Assembly: GCA_044892505.1 (NCBI GenBank)
Contig: CM097883.1
Coordinates: 19,840,001 to 19,904,000 of the forward strand
DNA: 64,000 bases
Direction: 5' to 3'
Source: Schmidtea nova
Taxonomy: Eukaryota
Shown here: one piece after another, positions 34,660 through 44,996 of the stretch
Layout: each line of letters begins with the position of its first letter
How positions within the stretch are numbered: the first letter of the stretch is position 1
Notes under the pieces: generated by a model
The model's database searches: none
What the model was told of the DNA's origin: nothing
Seen by the model: the letters and a program-made list of their open reading frames with translations, nothing else
Program-made: the position numbers and the translations under genes

Positions 34660-36456
34660 ATGAAATATTTTCTATAACATTCGAGCATTTCTCGTATCTA
34701 TTGGACAGTTTCCTATGAAATGGTTTACGCTACTACTGATTCCTGCTGGGGATAGTTATTTATGTTTAGGACTTATAAGTAAGGTTCAAAAACTGCCGAG
34801 GCTGGCTAATCATTTATGTTAAGGTTCCAAACGATGATATATTAAATTATCAACCGGGGAACTACTGGCGTCGCATTATTCCGACATTCTTTACTTGCTG
34901 ATTTTATTTTTCACATTCTGCCATTCGATAGTTTCGCCATCCGCCCCACGCTCGAAACGTGAAACTGATGGTCGAACTATCGGAAAGGCGACGACCGTTG
35001 AGGCCGTCCTGACTCTCGAGGGATAGCACTAAAAACCCCATTTTCAAATTGAAAATATTAGTAAAGCAAAAACAAAATTTTTATGCATGAATACATTTAT
35101 TTAACTAGAAAAAAATTACTTACAAATTTATTCTTCCACAGGAATTTTAATATAACAAGTGATGATACGTTGATGATAGTATTACACAAAACGCTGTCAA
35201 AAGTGTTGTTGTAAAAGATTAAATGTTCTCAAGATAATAATAATGCTACTAAAATTGATGTAAAAAACTGCTCAAACGAAATTTTTTTTGAAAATTACAA
35301 GCTGCCTTCCGACTGATTGAGCGCCCCTTTTATAGAATTTCTGCTGCTTAACTATTGGCCTATGTTTTTTTTGTTCCGGAATTTATGTTAATTATTTCTT
35401 TTATTTCCTGATTATTTCCAATTAATTAATTAAATTCTTATTTTTATTTCCTTTTTCCAGCTTTATCTCGATTCAGGGTATTTCTCATTTCTATTTCCAC
35501 TTATTATCCTACTTTTTGACATATTGATCAATCAAAAAGGGTTGAATTTATATTAATCAATTAAAGATGAGAAAATTTCATTATAATGAACTTTAATAGT
35601 AATTTATTTGAAAAAATCGCAACAATGAAAATAAAAAAAAGTTTTACACTAAATTGTTTTTATTTAAGTAAGAATAGCAAAGAAATTTTTTATTAAAATT
35701 AACTATATAGAAGTATTAAATAAAAAAAACTAATCCAAAAAAACATTTAACTAAAAAAAACATTAATTTATATATCAATGTGTTGGGCCAAACAAGTTAC
35801 ATAAAAACCAACATAAATTTATAAATAATGAAATAAAGAACAATAAAGTACCATAGATGAGCAGAAATCATTGAGACCTGAAATAAATGACAACAATGAA
35901 TCAGCAATGAATAATATAAAACTTACGTAACATCCATTGAACCGAAGCGAGATAAATGAGCAGTGAGTGAGGGGATCGCACGGGCGACACTTGAAAATAC
36001 ACTGACAATCTAAAATAATCAAAATTGTCAGAAATATAACGCATCAATTATCACAGAAACTCACCGGGTTAACAACATAATAGCAATCATTAAAAAACAA
36101 ACATGATAAATTCACAAGCAAAAACTGGAAACTACTATATAAGCAATAGTTAAATCAGTTGAAGATATACCTTTTTTCACCATGTGATTTGTAGTGAACA
36201 TTTCTGTAACTTCTGAACTGTAACCAGAGAAATAAAAGGTATGTTAGTTATGTGTTTTACTCGTTTATTGTTTAAACCCTCATATGTTTGGATGCACTAA
36301 ATGAAATAATGTAACGTCCCGACGGTCTGTGGACCCGACGGGCGAAAATGTGCCTCGGCTCAACACCTTCTAGGTGGTGGCTGATGCGGCGTAGGAGCGC
36401 TAACTTTCGGGGGTGGGGTTATACATAGAGTCATCCAGAGTAACACCGTTGACATA

Positions 36457-37556
36457 TTTGGCGTGTCTGAAAAGTAATGAGACTCCCCTTACCCCACTTA
36501 CAAGACAGACAGTTTGCAGTAATGCAATTTATTTTCATACAACATAGTATCCCTTGACTCGAATGACATCTTTAAAATGGGTATACAATCGTTCCCGCTC
36601 AATGCGTCTGAACAGCTGCAACGATTCCTTCTGAACCTCTTCTTTGGAGTGGAAGTCCCTCTTTCTGATGTCTTTTTTCAGGTGGTTGAACAACCAGCAA
36701 TCACGTTGATTCAAGTCTGGACTGTAAGCTGACTGACAGATCAGCTTGACCTGCCTTTGTTCAAAGAATTCCCTGGTGTGTACAGATGCATGAGGACGCG
36801 CATTGTCATGTTGCCACCAGAGCTGGTTAAGTCGTGTTGGAGAAGAAATCAAAGTCCTCCATTTTTCACCAGTATCATGGACAAACTCAGTGTATCGGTG
36901 AGAGGTCACTGTTTCACCAGATGGGACAGCATAAATATTGCACTTGCCATCTCCAGTGAATGTGAGAACAAGCATTGTCTTCTGATTTGTCAACTTTGGG
37001 AGGACAACTCGAGGTCTAGGAAGGTGAGGAGGAAGCCACGCATGGTTTTTCTCTTTTGTCTGTAGCCCTTTGAAGAGTACCCAGGTCTCATCCTGCGTGG
37101 CTCAGTAGCGAAGACAATCATCCATTGAGTTCTGATCCATAAACTTCACAATTGATTTGGCACAATCCACTCTGTCCTTCTTGTTGGCACCTGAGAGGAA
37201 ACTGGGAACCCATACTGAGCAAAGTTTCTTTCGTCCCAAATGATCCACCAGGATTTTACTTGCAGAATCTTTCGAGCAACCAACAGATTCTGATATTCGT
37301 CCACGTTGTTGTTCAATAAACGCATATGCACGAAAGTGCTCTTTGTTCAGCTTCTTTTGTGCAGTCGTTGCACTAAGACAAAGTATGCTACGAATCATGC
37401 CTTATATAGGGTCACACACGCATGTGTGTGAGTAGCCACCTGATTTAGTATAAAGTCTTGTGATTCGTTTAACGCAGTACCAATGCATAGCTAGCAGTTG
37501 TATATGTGTGTGTGTGTGTGGCATACGAAATCTCAATACTTTTCAGACACGCCAAA
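36457..37556 (-). mobile_element. Mariner (DD34D) element, defective
   Basis: 28-bp TIRs (TTTGGCGTGTCTGAAAAGTA.TGAGA.T, 2 mismatches) flanked by TA. A single frame 37398-36535 has WVP, TQDETW, HDNARPH and YSPDL with 34 residues between D2 and D3. One TGA at 37102-37104 and an N-terminal deletion. Confidence 0.95.
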
Positions 37557-38052
37557 TAAATGAACCTAGTAGTCCAAGTTCTCAGATCGGATAACTGTAA
37601 TCCACACAAAGAGTCATAGGTTTTAGCACCTTAGATCCGTTAACACTGAGGATACATGAGCAACATGATTTTCCAATGAGCTTACATTGACTTGCATAAA
37701 TCTTCAATATTTGGTAGAAGATAGCTTTTGATAGATTTCTTAGTAGTATTTAAAAAAAAACTAATTTACGTTGTTTACTCATGCTGGTATTTATTTAAAT
37801 TAATAAATAAGTTAAAAGTAATAACTATTATTTATTAATTTAAATACATACCATCATGTGTAAACTACGTAAATTAGATTTTTTTTAAAAATACTTGCTC
37901 TAATGCTGAGGAAAGCTATCTGTAGTGCCTTAGATTATAAATTTCTCTTTTTTAATTAATTAATTTATTAAATAATTATTGAATGGAAGATTTAAATGGC
38001 TTTGTTTTAATATTTAGTTTTTTATTCCACTTTTTTTTCAAATAAATTCAAC

Positions 38053-38397
38053 ATGCTCCAACAAGAACTAATGCAATTTCTTCCCATCAACATGAATCAA
38101 TTTTCTCAATATCAGCAATCAATGATGTCACCAAACATTGTCATAAAGCCGTTAATGAATCCATCAGAATCCACTCGAACTGCTGCGTCACAATCTAATC
38201 AAATGTTGGCTCGAACCGATCAATCTAACAATCCAATTTCATATCTGGTTGGGCCACACGCATTTTTCAGCATGCCAAGTAGTGGATCAAACCAAACAAA
38301 CTGCACAACAATGAGTCATGATGCTAGAGCTATAATCAATAAAAATCAACGGCCTAGACTGTCAAAGATGCCATCTATGTCAATTCTGAATATATAA
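38053..38397 (+). CDS. Q/N/S/M-rich hypothetical protein or exon
   Basis: 114-codon ATG ORF of low-complexity composition in AT-rich flanks. Confidence 0.35.
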   Translation: MLQQELMQFLPINMNQFSQYQQSMMSPNIVIKPLMNPSESTRTAASQSNQMLARTDQSNNPISYLVGPHAFFSMPSSGSNQTNCTTMSHDARAIINKNQRPRLSKMPSMSILNI

Positions 38398-38957
38398 TAT
38401 TTTCATCATCCTTCTTTCAAATTGATTGTATTCCTACACTAGCCGTCAACAAAAGCTTTAAACAAAAGCTTTAAAACTTTAAACTTCGAACGAATGCTGG
38501 AACCGTTATTTCTTTAATTTCTCACAAAGTCTATAGTAATTTAATAAAATAAAAGTATTTATTTTTAACTATAAACTAAACTAAGATATTAATGCTTATA
38601 GATATATTTTTACTTTTCAATACTTGTATATATATATATGTTTTAGAACGATTTATATAGTATTAATTCAAACAATCTAGGCTATGTTAAATTGAGTTAG
38701 TTAGAAGACGTAGTAGAGCTCGAGAGAGTCTAACAATATAAGTGTACAGACACTCGGGGTGTATGCTGTGTAATGCTTTTGTTTGAATGGAGGTACAAAT
38801 AAAATAATATTCAATCAAATAAAATTATTTAATAAAATTTTATTTAGATAATATAGCATCAACAAATTAATATTTACTTTTAAAATTTCGTTATTAAATT
38901 CTTTCGAATCTTCTCTTGCGTTTCTTTAGAACTTTGAAATTTCTTTAATGTCTCAAT

Positions 38958-39254
38958 ATTAAATTCGTTATCAAATTCGTTATCAAATTCGTTATCAAAT
39001 TCGTTATTAAATTCGTTATTAAATTCGTTATTAAATTCGTTATTAAATTCGTTATTAAATTCGTTATTAAATTCGTTATTAAATTCGTTATTAAATTCGT
39101 TATTAAATTCGTTATTAAATTCGTTATTAAATTCGTTATTAAATTCGTTATTAAATTCGTTATTAAATTCGTTATTAAATTCGTTATTAAATTCGTTATT
39201 AAATTCGTTATTAAATTCGTTATTAAATTCGTTATTAAATTCGTTATTAAATTC
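38958..39254. repeat. 12-bp tandem repeat (AAATTCGTTATT)n
   Basis: About 24 near-perfect copies. Confidence 0.95.
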
Positions 39255-39269
39255 TTCGTTATTCTTTAA

Positions 39270-41312
39270 TTTGATAATGTTTGATAATGTTTTTCGTTTG
39301 ATAATGTCTTAATAATGTTTGATAATGTTTCTCGTTTGATAATGTTTGATAATGTTTCTCGTTTGATAAAGTTTCTCATTTCTCGTTTGATAATGTTTTG
39401 ATAATGTTTGATAATGTTTCTCGTTTGATAAAGTTTCTCGTTTCTCGTTTGATAATGTTTGATAAAGTCTCTCGTTTCTCGTTTGATAATGTTTGATAAT
39501 GTTTCTCGTTTGATAAAGTTTCTCGTTTGATAATGTTTTCATAATGTTTGATAATGTTTTCATAATGTTTGATAATGTTTCTCGTTTGATAATGTTAGAT
39601 AATGTTTGATAATGTTTCTCGTTTGATAAAGTTTCTCATTTCTCGTTTGATAATGTTTTGATAATGTTTGATAATGTTTTCATAATGTTTGATAATGTTT
39701 CTCGTTTGATAATGTTTGATAATGTTTCTCGTTTGATAAAGTTTCTCGTTTGATAATGTTTTGATAATGTTTGATAATGTTTCTCGTTTGATAAAGTTTC
39801 TCGTTTCTCGTTTGATAATGTTTGATAATGTTTCTCGTTTGATAAAGTTTCTCGTTTCTCGTTTGATAATGTTTTGATAATGTTTGATAATGTTTCTCGT
39901 TTGATAAAGTTTCTCATTTCTCGTTTGATAATGTTTTGATAATGTTTGATAATGTTTCTCGTTTGATAAAGTTTCTCATTTCTCGTTTGATAATGTTTTG
40001 ATAATGTTTGATAATGTTTCTCGTTTGATAAAGTTTCTCGTTTCTCGTTTGATAATGTTTGATAATGTTTCTCGTTTGATAAAGTTTCTCGTTTCTCGTT
40101 TGATAATGTTTTGATAATGTTTGATAATGTTTCTCGTTTGATAAAGTTTCTCGTTTCTCGTTTGATAATGTTTGATAAAGTCTCTCGTTTCTCGTTTGAT
40201 AATGTTTGATAATGTTTCTCGTTTGATAAAGTTTCTCGTTTGATAATGTTTTCATAATGTTTGATAATGTTTTCATAATGTTTGATAATGTTTCTCGTTT
40301 GATAATGTTAGATAATGTTTGATAATGTTTCTCGTTTGATAAAGTTTCTCATTTCTCGTTTGATAATGTTTTGATAATGTTTGATAATGTTTTCATAATG
40401 TTTGATAATGTTTCTCGTTTGATAATGTTTGATAATGTTTGATAATGTTTCTCGTTTGATAAAGTTTCTCGTTTGATAATGTTTTGATAATGTTTGATAA
40501 TGTTTCTCGTTTGATAAAGTTTCTCGTTTCTCGTTTGATAATGTTTGATAATGTTTCTCGTTTGATAAAGTTTCTCGTTTCTCGTTTGATAATGTTTTGA
40601 TAATGTTTGATAATGTTTCTCGTTTGATAAAGTTTCTCGTTTCTCGTTTGATAATGTTTGATAATGTTTCTCGTTTGATAAAGTTTCTCGTTTGATAATG
40701 TTTTGATAATGTTTGATAATGTTTCTCGTTTGATAAAGTTTCTCGTTTCTCGTTTGATAATGTTTGATAAAGTCTCTCGTTTCTCGTTTGATAATGTTTG
40801 ATAATGTTTCTCGTTTGATAAAGTTTCTCGTTTGATAATGTTTTCATAATTTTTGATAATGTTTCTCGTTTGATAATGTTAGATAATGTTTGATAATGTT
40901 TCTCGTTTGATAAAGTTTCTCATTTCTCGTTTGATAATGTTTTGATAATGTTTGATAATGTTTTCATAATGTTTGATAATGTTTCTCGTTTGATAATGTT
41001 TGATAATGTTTCTCGTTTGATAAAGTTTCTCGTTTGATAATGTTTTCATAATGTTTGATAATGTTTCTCGTTTGATAATGTTTGATAATGTTTCTCGTTT
41101 GATAAAGTTTCTCATTTCTCGTTTGATAATGTTTTGATAATGTTTGATAATGTTTCTCGTTTGATAAAGTTTCTCGTTTCTCGTTTGATAATGTTTGATA
41201 ATGTTTCTCGTTTGATAAAGTTTCTCGTTTCTCGTTTGATAATGTTTGATAATGTTTCTCGTTTGATAAAGTTTCTCTTTTCTCGTTTCTTATTTCTTGT
41301 TTGATAATATGC
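39270..41312. repeat. Modular satellite built from TTTGATAATG, TTTGATAAAG and TTTCTCG words
   Basis: 2 kb composed almost entirely of these 7-11-bp words; a higher-order duplication with about 713-bp offset is visible. Confidence 0.95.
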
Positions 41313-42367
41313 AACTGTAAAATAGCTGTGCCAATTATTAGCTAGTTTTAGTTTTTAATATTTTTTAGCGATTCGTTTTTAATTTGTGTATTGGACTTAC
41401 TATAGTTATTTACTATAGTAAGACAATTTAAATTCATTTTGAATTTATAATTTAAAATTTGGTTAATTTTGGTTAATTCCAAAATTAATTATAAATAATA
41501 ATAAATAAAAAATATAAATAAAATAAAAGTTGGGAGGGGGGAATATACAACACACGCACTAAAAAACATCCCAAAATAAATAAATTACACAAATTTTGAT
41601 CATAACACACACATATATATATATGTGTGTGTATTTTTTTATTATAATTTTTTATAATTTTATAATTTTTATAATTTTTTTAATTTCTATAATTTTTTTA
41701 TAATTTTTTAAATAATTTTTTTAAATAATTTTATTATTATAATATATATTGTGAATGCTTTTATGTTTTTATCAACAGAAATCTGCAAGGGCCCAAAAAA
41801 GTCTCCAAAAGCTTATTGTTGGGACAATTGGGGTGTATGCTTTGCTGATGCGTTGGTTAAGTTTGTCAACTGAGGTTATATTTGATGTTATTCGTCAGGG
41901 TAACCTCGCCAACATAAAAACGCTTCCCCGTTGACACCCATGATGTATCCCTAACTACTCATCATGTTGGTATTGTTTCAACGTTGTGAAATGACAAGGC
42001 AGGTGAGCAACCTTGCGGCTACTATTCCCTTGTTTATTCACGGGTCCACCACTACCGTTAGAAGGCCTGTGTGGCTTTGTTCCGGTCCCTTCTTACTCAA
42101 TCTCTCAACTAGGGTATATTCGATTTCTGTACGTCCTATAGCATAAAATGAATTTGGTTTTGTTCAATCATCTCATTGATTTAAACGACACATACATTCC
42201 CCATTCATGCAAGTCAATCAATTCAGTTAGAATACATTTATTTAATTCAACAACACAGATGGGTTTATCACTGCGAGTAGCTGTTTCTCGGCGAGACCAC
42301 TCAGAAGGTCCACCTCAATTCCAATTCGTTCGGCATACTTTCTTCTTTCCCACCGTCGTTTCGCGCC

Positions 42368-42799
42368 TTATCGATTTTTCCGTTTTGTTCGCTTGGATCC
42401 CTCGGCTTTCGGTGTAGTTTTCGGAGTATCCACTGTCGAACTCACATCTATCTCTGTCTGCACACTTGTAGAGACACTTGTGGACTCTATCCAGCGGTTG
42501 AAGGTGCTGGCTCGGATGAGAGGTCGTAGCTGTTGTGTTATGAAGTCCTTCATCGACGCCCTCATGTAGTTGTTCAACTCCAGTTTCACGGCCGCTGTTT
42601 CCTGTGCTTGGTCCTCAGCCCTTCGCTCGGCGTGATATATGGCTTCCTGTATCGTTTTCACGCGTTCCGAGTGAAACCACGTCCTTTTGATTATGCGATT
42701 CTTATTTGCCATTTGGCCTATTCTACTTTCGAGTGCTGCAACTCGTTTGCGCGCTTCTTTCGCCTCCTTCCGGTAATCTCGATTGGTTGGGGCATGCAT
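42368..42799 (-). CDS. Hypothetical coiled-coil protein with a basic C-terminal tail
   Basis: 143-codon ATG ORF in a GC-rich island immediately downstream of ORF-family copy B. Confidence 0.5.
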   Translation of the reverse strand: MHAPTNRDYRKEAKEARKRVAALESRIGQMANKNRIIKRTWFHSERVKTIQEAIYHAERRAEDQAQETAAVKLELNNYMRASMKDFITQQLRPLIRASTFNRWIESTSVSTSVQTEIDVSSTVDTPKTTPKAEGSKRTKRKNR

Positions 42800-43667
42800 C
42801 TACAAGGAAAAGAATAAGACGATTTTATCGGTAATTACGTGGATAGCGCCGGCTCTTTCCCTCTCTCTGGGGGCCCTAATAAATCAATTCAATCCGGTTT
42901 TCCCCCAGTAATGCTCTAATTCGTTCTCCACTCATCATTCAATTTCACCCATTCAAGACAGAGAAATTTCTAACTACACATATATTTATTGAGCATTACA
43001 CCCATATACAAATCTATCACAAGTCAGCGAGTCTTTACCAGAAATCTAAGATATCCTGGTCACAACTCCGGTCGTCCCATCCGTGCGCATTTGGTTGGTA
43101 GAATTCCGGACACGGAATTCAGCACAGGGTGTCACGATACATGAAGATCTCGTTCAGTCGGTTGTACTTCTCATTTCGTAGTGAATTCATATCCTGATTT
43201 CCTGGAGCATTTGAGTAGGGACGAAATTCGCCGGTACGTCTACATTGCGGCTGATCTAGCAGCACGTATCCAATCTGCTTTAGCCTCTGGGTTGATAGGT
43301 GATTGAATGCGAGCAACCATTGAGGGGTGGCTTGTGTAATGTTCTGTGGACACCCGTTTGAATACAAAATTCTGACATAAATAGATGTTTATGAGTGTTT
43401 TATGTACCTCTGAAATTGTGTGAATCGGAGTTGTAAAAAGGTTGTTAGATATGTGAAAATTTTATTATTTGGTTATTTTATTGTACATTGTTTAGGATTA
43501 TGTGAATTGGGGTTGTAGAAAGAATTATTAAATATGTAAAAATTTTATTATTTGGATATTTTATTGTGCATTGTTTAAAAGAGTTTGTTAAGCGGTTAAC
43601 CCGCGCACAAATTAATAGAAATAAATATTTAAAAGAAATTTCTTAAAATTTCTTACTAATTGATCAA

Positions 43668-44768
43668 ATGATTTTCATTATGATAAAATTAATATATATT
43701 TTTGAATTTATCCACAGTATCTTTACAAACAAATTGTTGCAAGTCGATATTAGACTGACAGACATCGCCAGGAATATTGAATCTGTTAATGCTACGGCAA
43801 CTTATAATGTTGAATTTGTCAATATGAAGTGGAAAATAAACGTTTTTTATTACAAATACTTTCTAGATGTCAGACCATTGAAAGTTTCTGCTAACGGTAA
43901 ATGTTTGGAAGTGCCTATCAATTCCTATGGATACATCCCTACGGAGTCCAAGGAATCAATGTTGGGATATTTCCGCATCAATGATAAATATGGAATCAGC
44001 AGATTAGTTGAATCGCATGATAAGCGCTATCAACCGATTTACATCGCTAACGTGCCAGTGATTATTCTGCCTGAAATCACAGAAATAGTCGCCTTAGAAA
44101 TGAAGGGATTTATGGAACTATCTAAAACTTTAAAACTAAATAATTTTAATAAACATTGCTATGCCAAAGTTGTTATTGTGCTCTACTTTTATGTCAATCT
44201 TAGTGATAACATTGAATTTGTTACTGAGAGAGAGAAATTTATAAAGATCGAAATATGTGTACAGAATATACTTCTCCGTTTAAACTTGATATTTAATCAA
44301 CTCCCGTGGGAAATAAGGATCGAGTTCTCGGTAGATAACTTGCCTATTTTGACTCCAAAAATGTGCTTGAGTGACTTTAAAGGTCCCCGTTATCCGGTTT
44401 CAGTGAATAGTTATGGCAATTTGAGTTTAAGTGCCCGGGAATTGCTCGAACTTTTTAAAAGTGATTCTTCTAGTAGATGTTTTAAGTTGGAAGGCCAAAT
44501 GCCGTTCACCGGTATGGTTTTAAGGTTGAATGCTACTTTCTATAGATCTTTGACAATGATCGTCCAACATTATTACATCGACATTATTTTCGGATTGTTT
44601 GTATTCATTGTCTGTACAATGTGCATTTTTGAAGGTTCTTATATGATGAACTTATTAGTCTCAAGAAAATTACGATTTTATTGTCAATTGATGTCCTATC
44701 AAAATCCGAAAGTGAATGTAGTTAGAGTATGTACTGTACTATCAAATCCATGTGTGTATCATTTTTAA
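43668..44768 (+). CDS. Unknown 366-aa protein with a two-fold internal repeat and a hydrophobic TM-like segment
   Basis: W.I...P.K....V.(I/V)NSYG occurs twice. Hydrophobic segment YYIDIIFGLFVFIVCTMCIF. The ATG lies inside the left TIR. Confidence 0.65.
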   Translation: MIFIMIKLIYIFEFIHSIFTNKLLQVDIRLTDIARNIESVNATATYNVEFVNMKWKINVFYYKYFLDVRPLKVSANGKCLEVPINSYGYIPTESKESMLGYFRINDKYGISRLVESHDKRYQPIYIANVPVIILPEITEIVALEMKGFMELSKTLKLNNFNKHCYAKVVIVLYFYVNLSDNIEFVTEREKFIKIEICVQNILLRLNLIFNQLPWEIRIEFSVDNLPILTPKMCLSDFKGPRYPVSVNSYGNLSLSARELLELFKSDSSSRCFKLEGQMPFTGMVLRLNATFYRSLTMIVQHYYIDIIFGLFVFIVCTMCIFEGSYMMNLLVSRKLRFYCQLMSYQNPKVNVVRVCTVLSNPCVYHF

Positions 44769-44996
44769 ATGGTTATTCAATCTTATGAGATCCTCCTTGG
44801 GTCATTACCCGATGGTTTCGATAGAGCTTTGGTTCGACCCGGAATCCTCCTTTCCCTGTTATCCGACAAAACTAAAGTATATTCATATTTTTTTGTAAAT
44901 TTATGTAAATTAATCAGCGAGGGAACAAAAATAAAATTGATGAATCGGCAACCACGCCAAAAATCTGCATACCTTGGTGTGGTTTCCGGTTCATCA
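44573..44996 (+). repeat. LTR or LTR-part; 419-bp direct repeat with 47364-47782
   Basis: Two substitutions noticed between the copies. Internal TGATGAAC (44644) and terminal GTTCATCA (44996) form 8-bp inverted termini. AATAAA at 44930. The second copy lacks the final CATCA. Confidence 0.85.

Larger units (their letters stand above)
30200..34670. mobile_element. Endogenous ssDNA virus: CRESS-type Rep cassette (+) divergent from a PLA2-bearing structural cassette (-)
   Basis: See the component CDS features. Paired hairpins lie at 34618-34659; the left boundary is not defined. Confidence 0.75.

Noticed and set aside
39309-41314. ORFs of ETLSN/KHYQT repeats in the ORF track
   Set aside because: They are by-products of a satellite whose 7/10/11-bp words shift frame constantly; there is no coding constraint.
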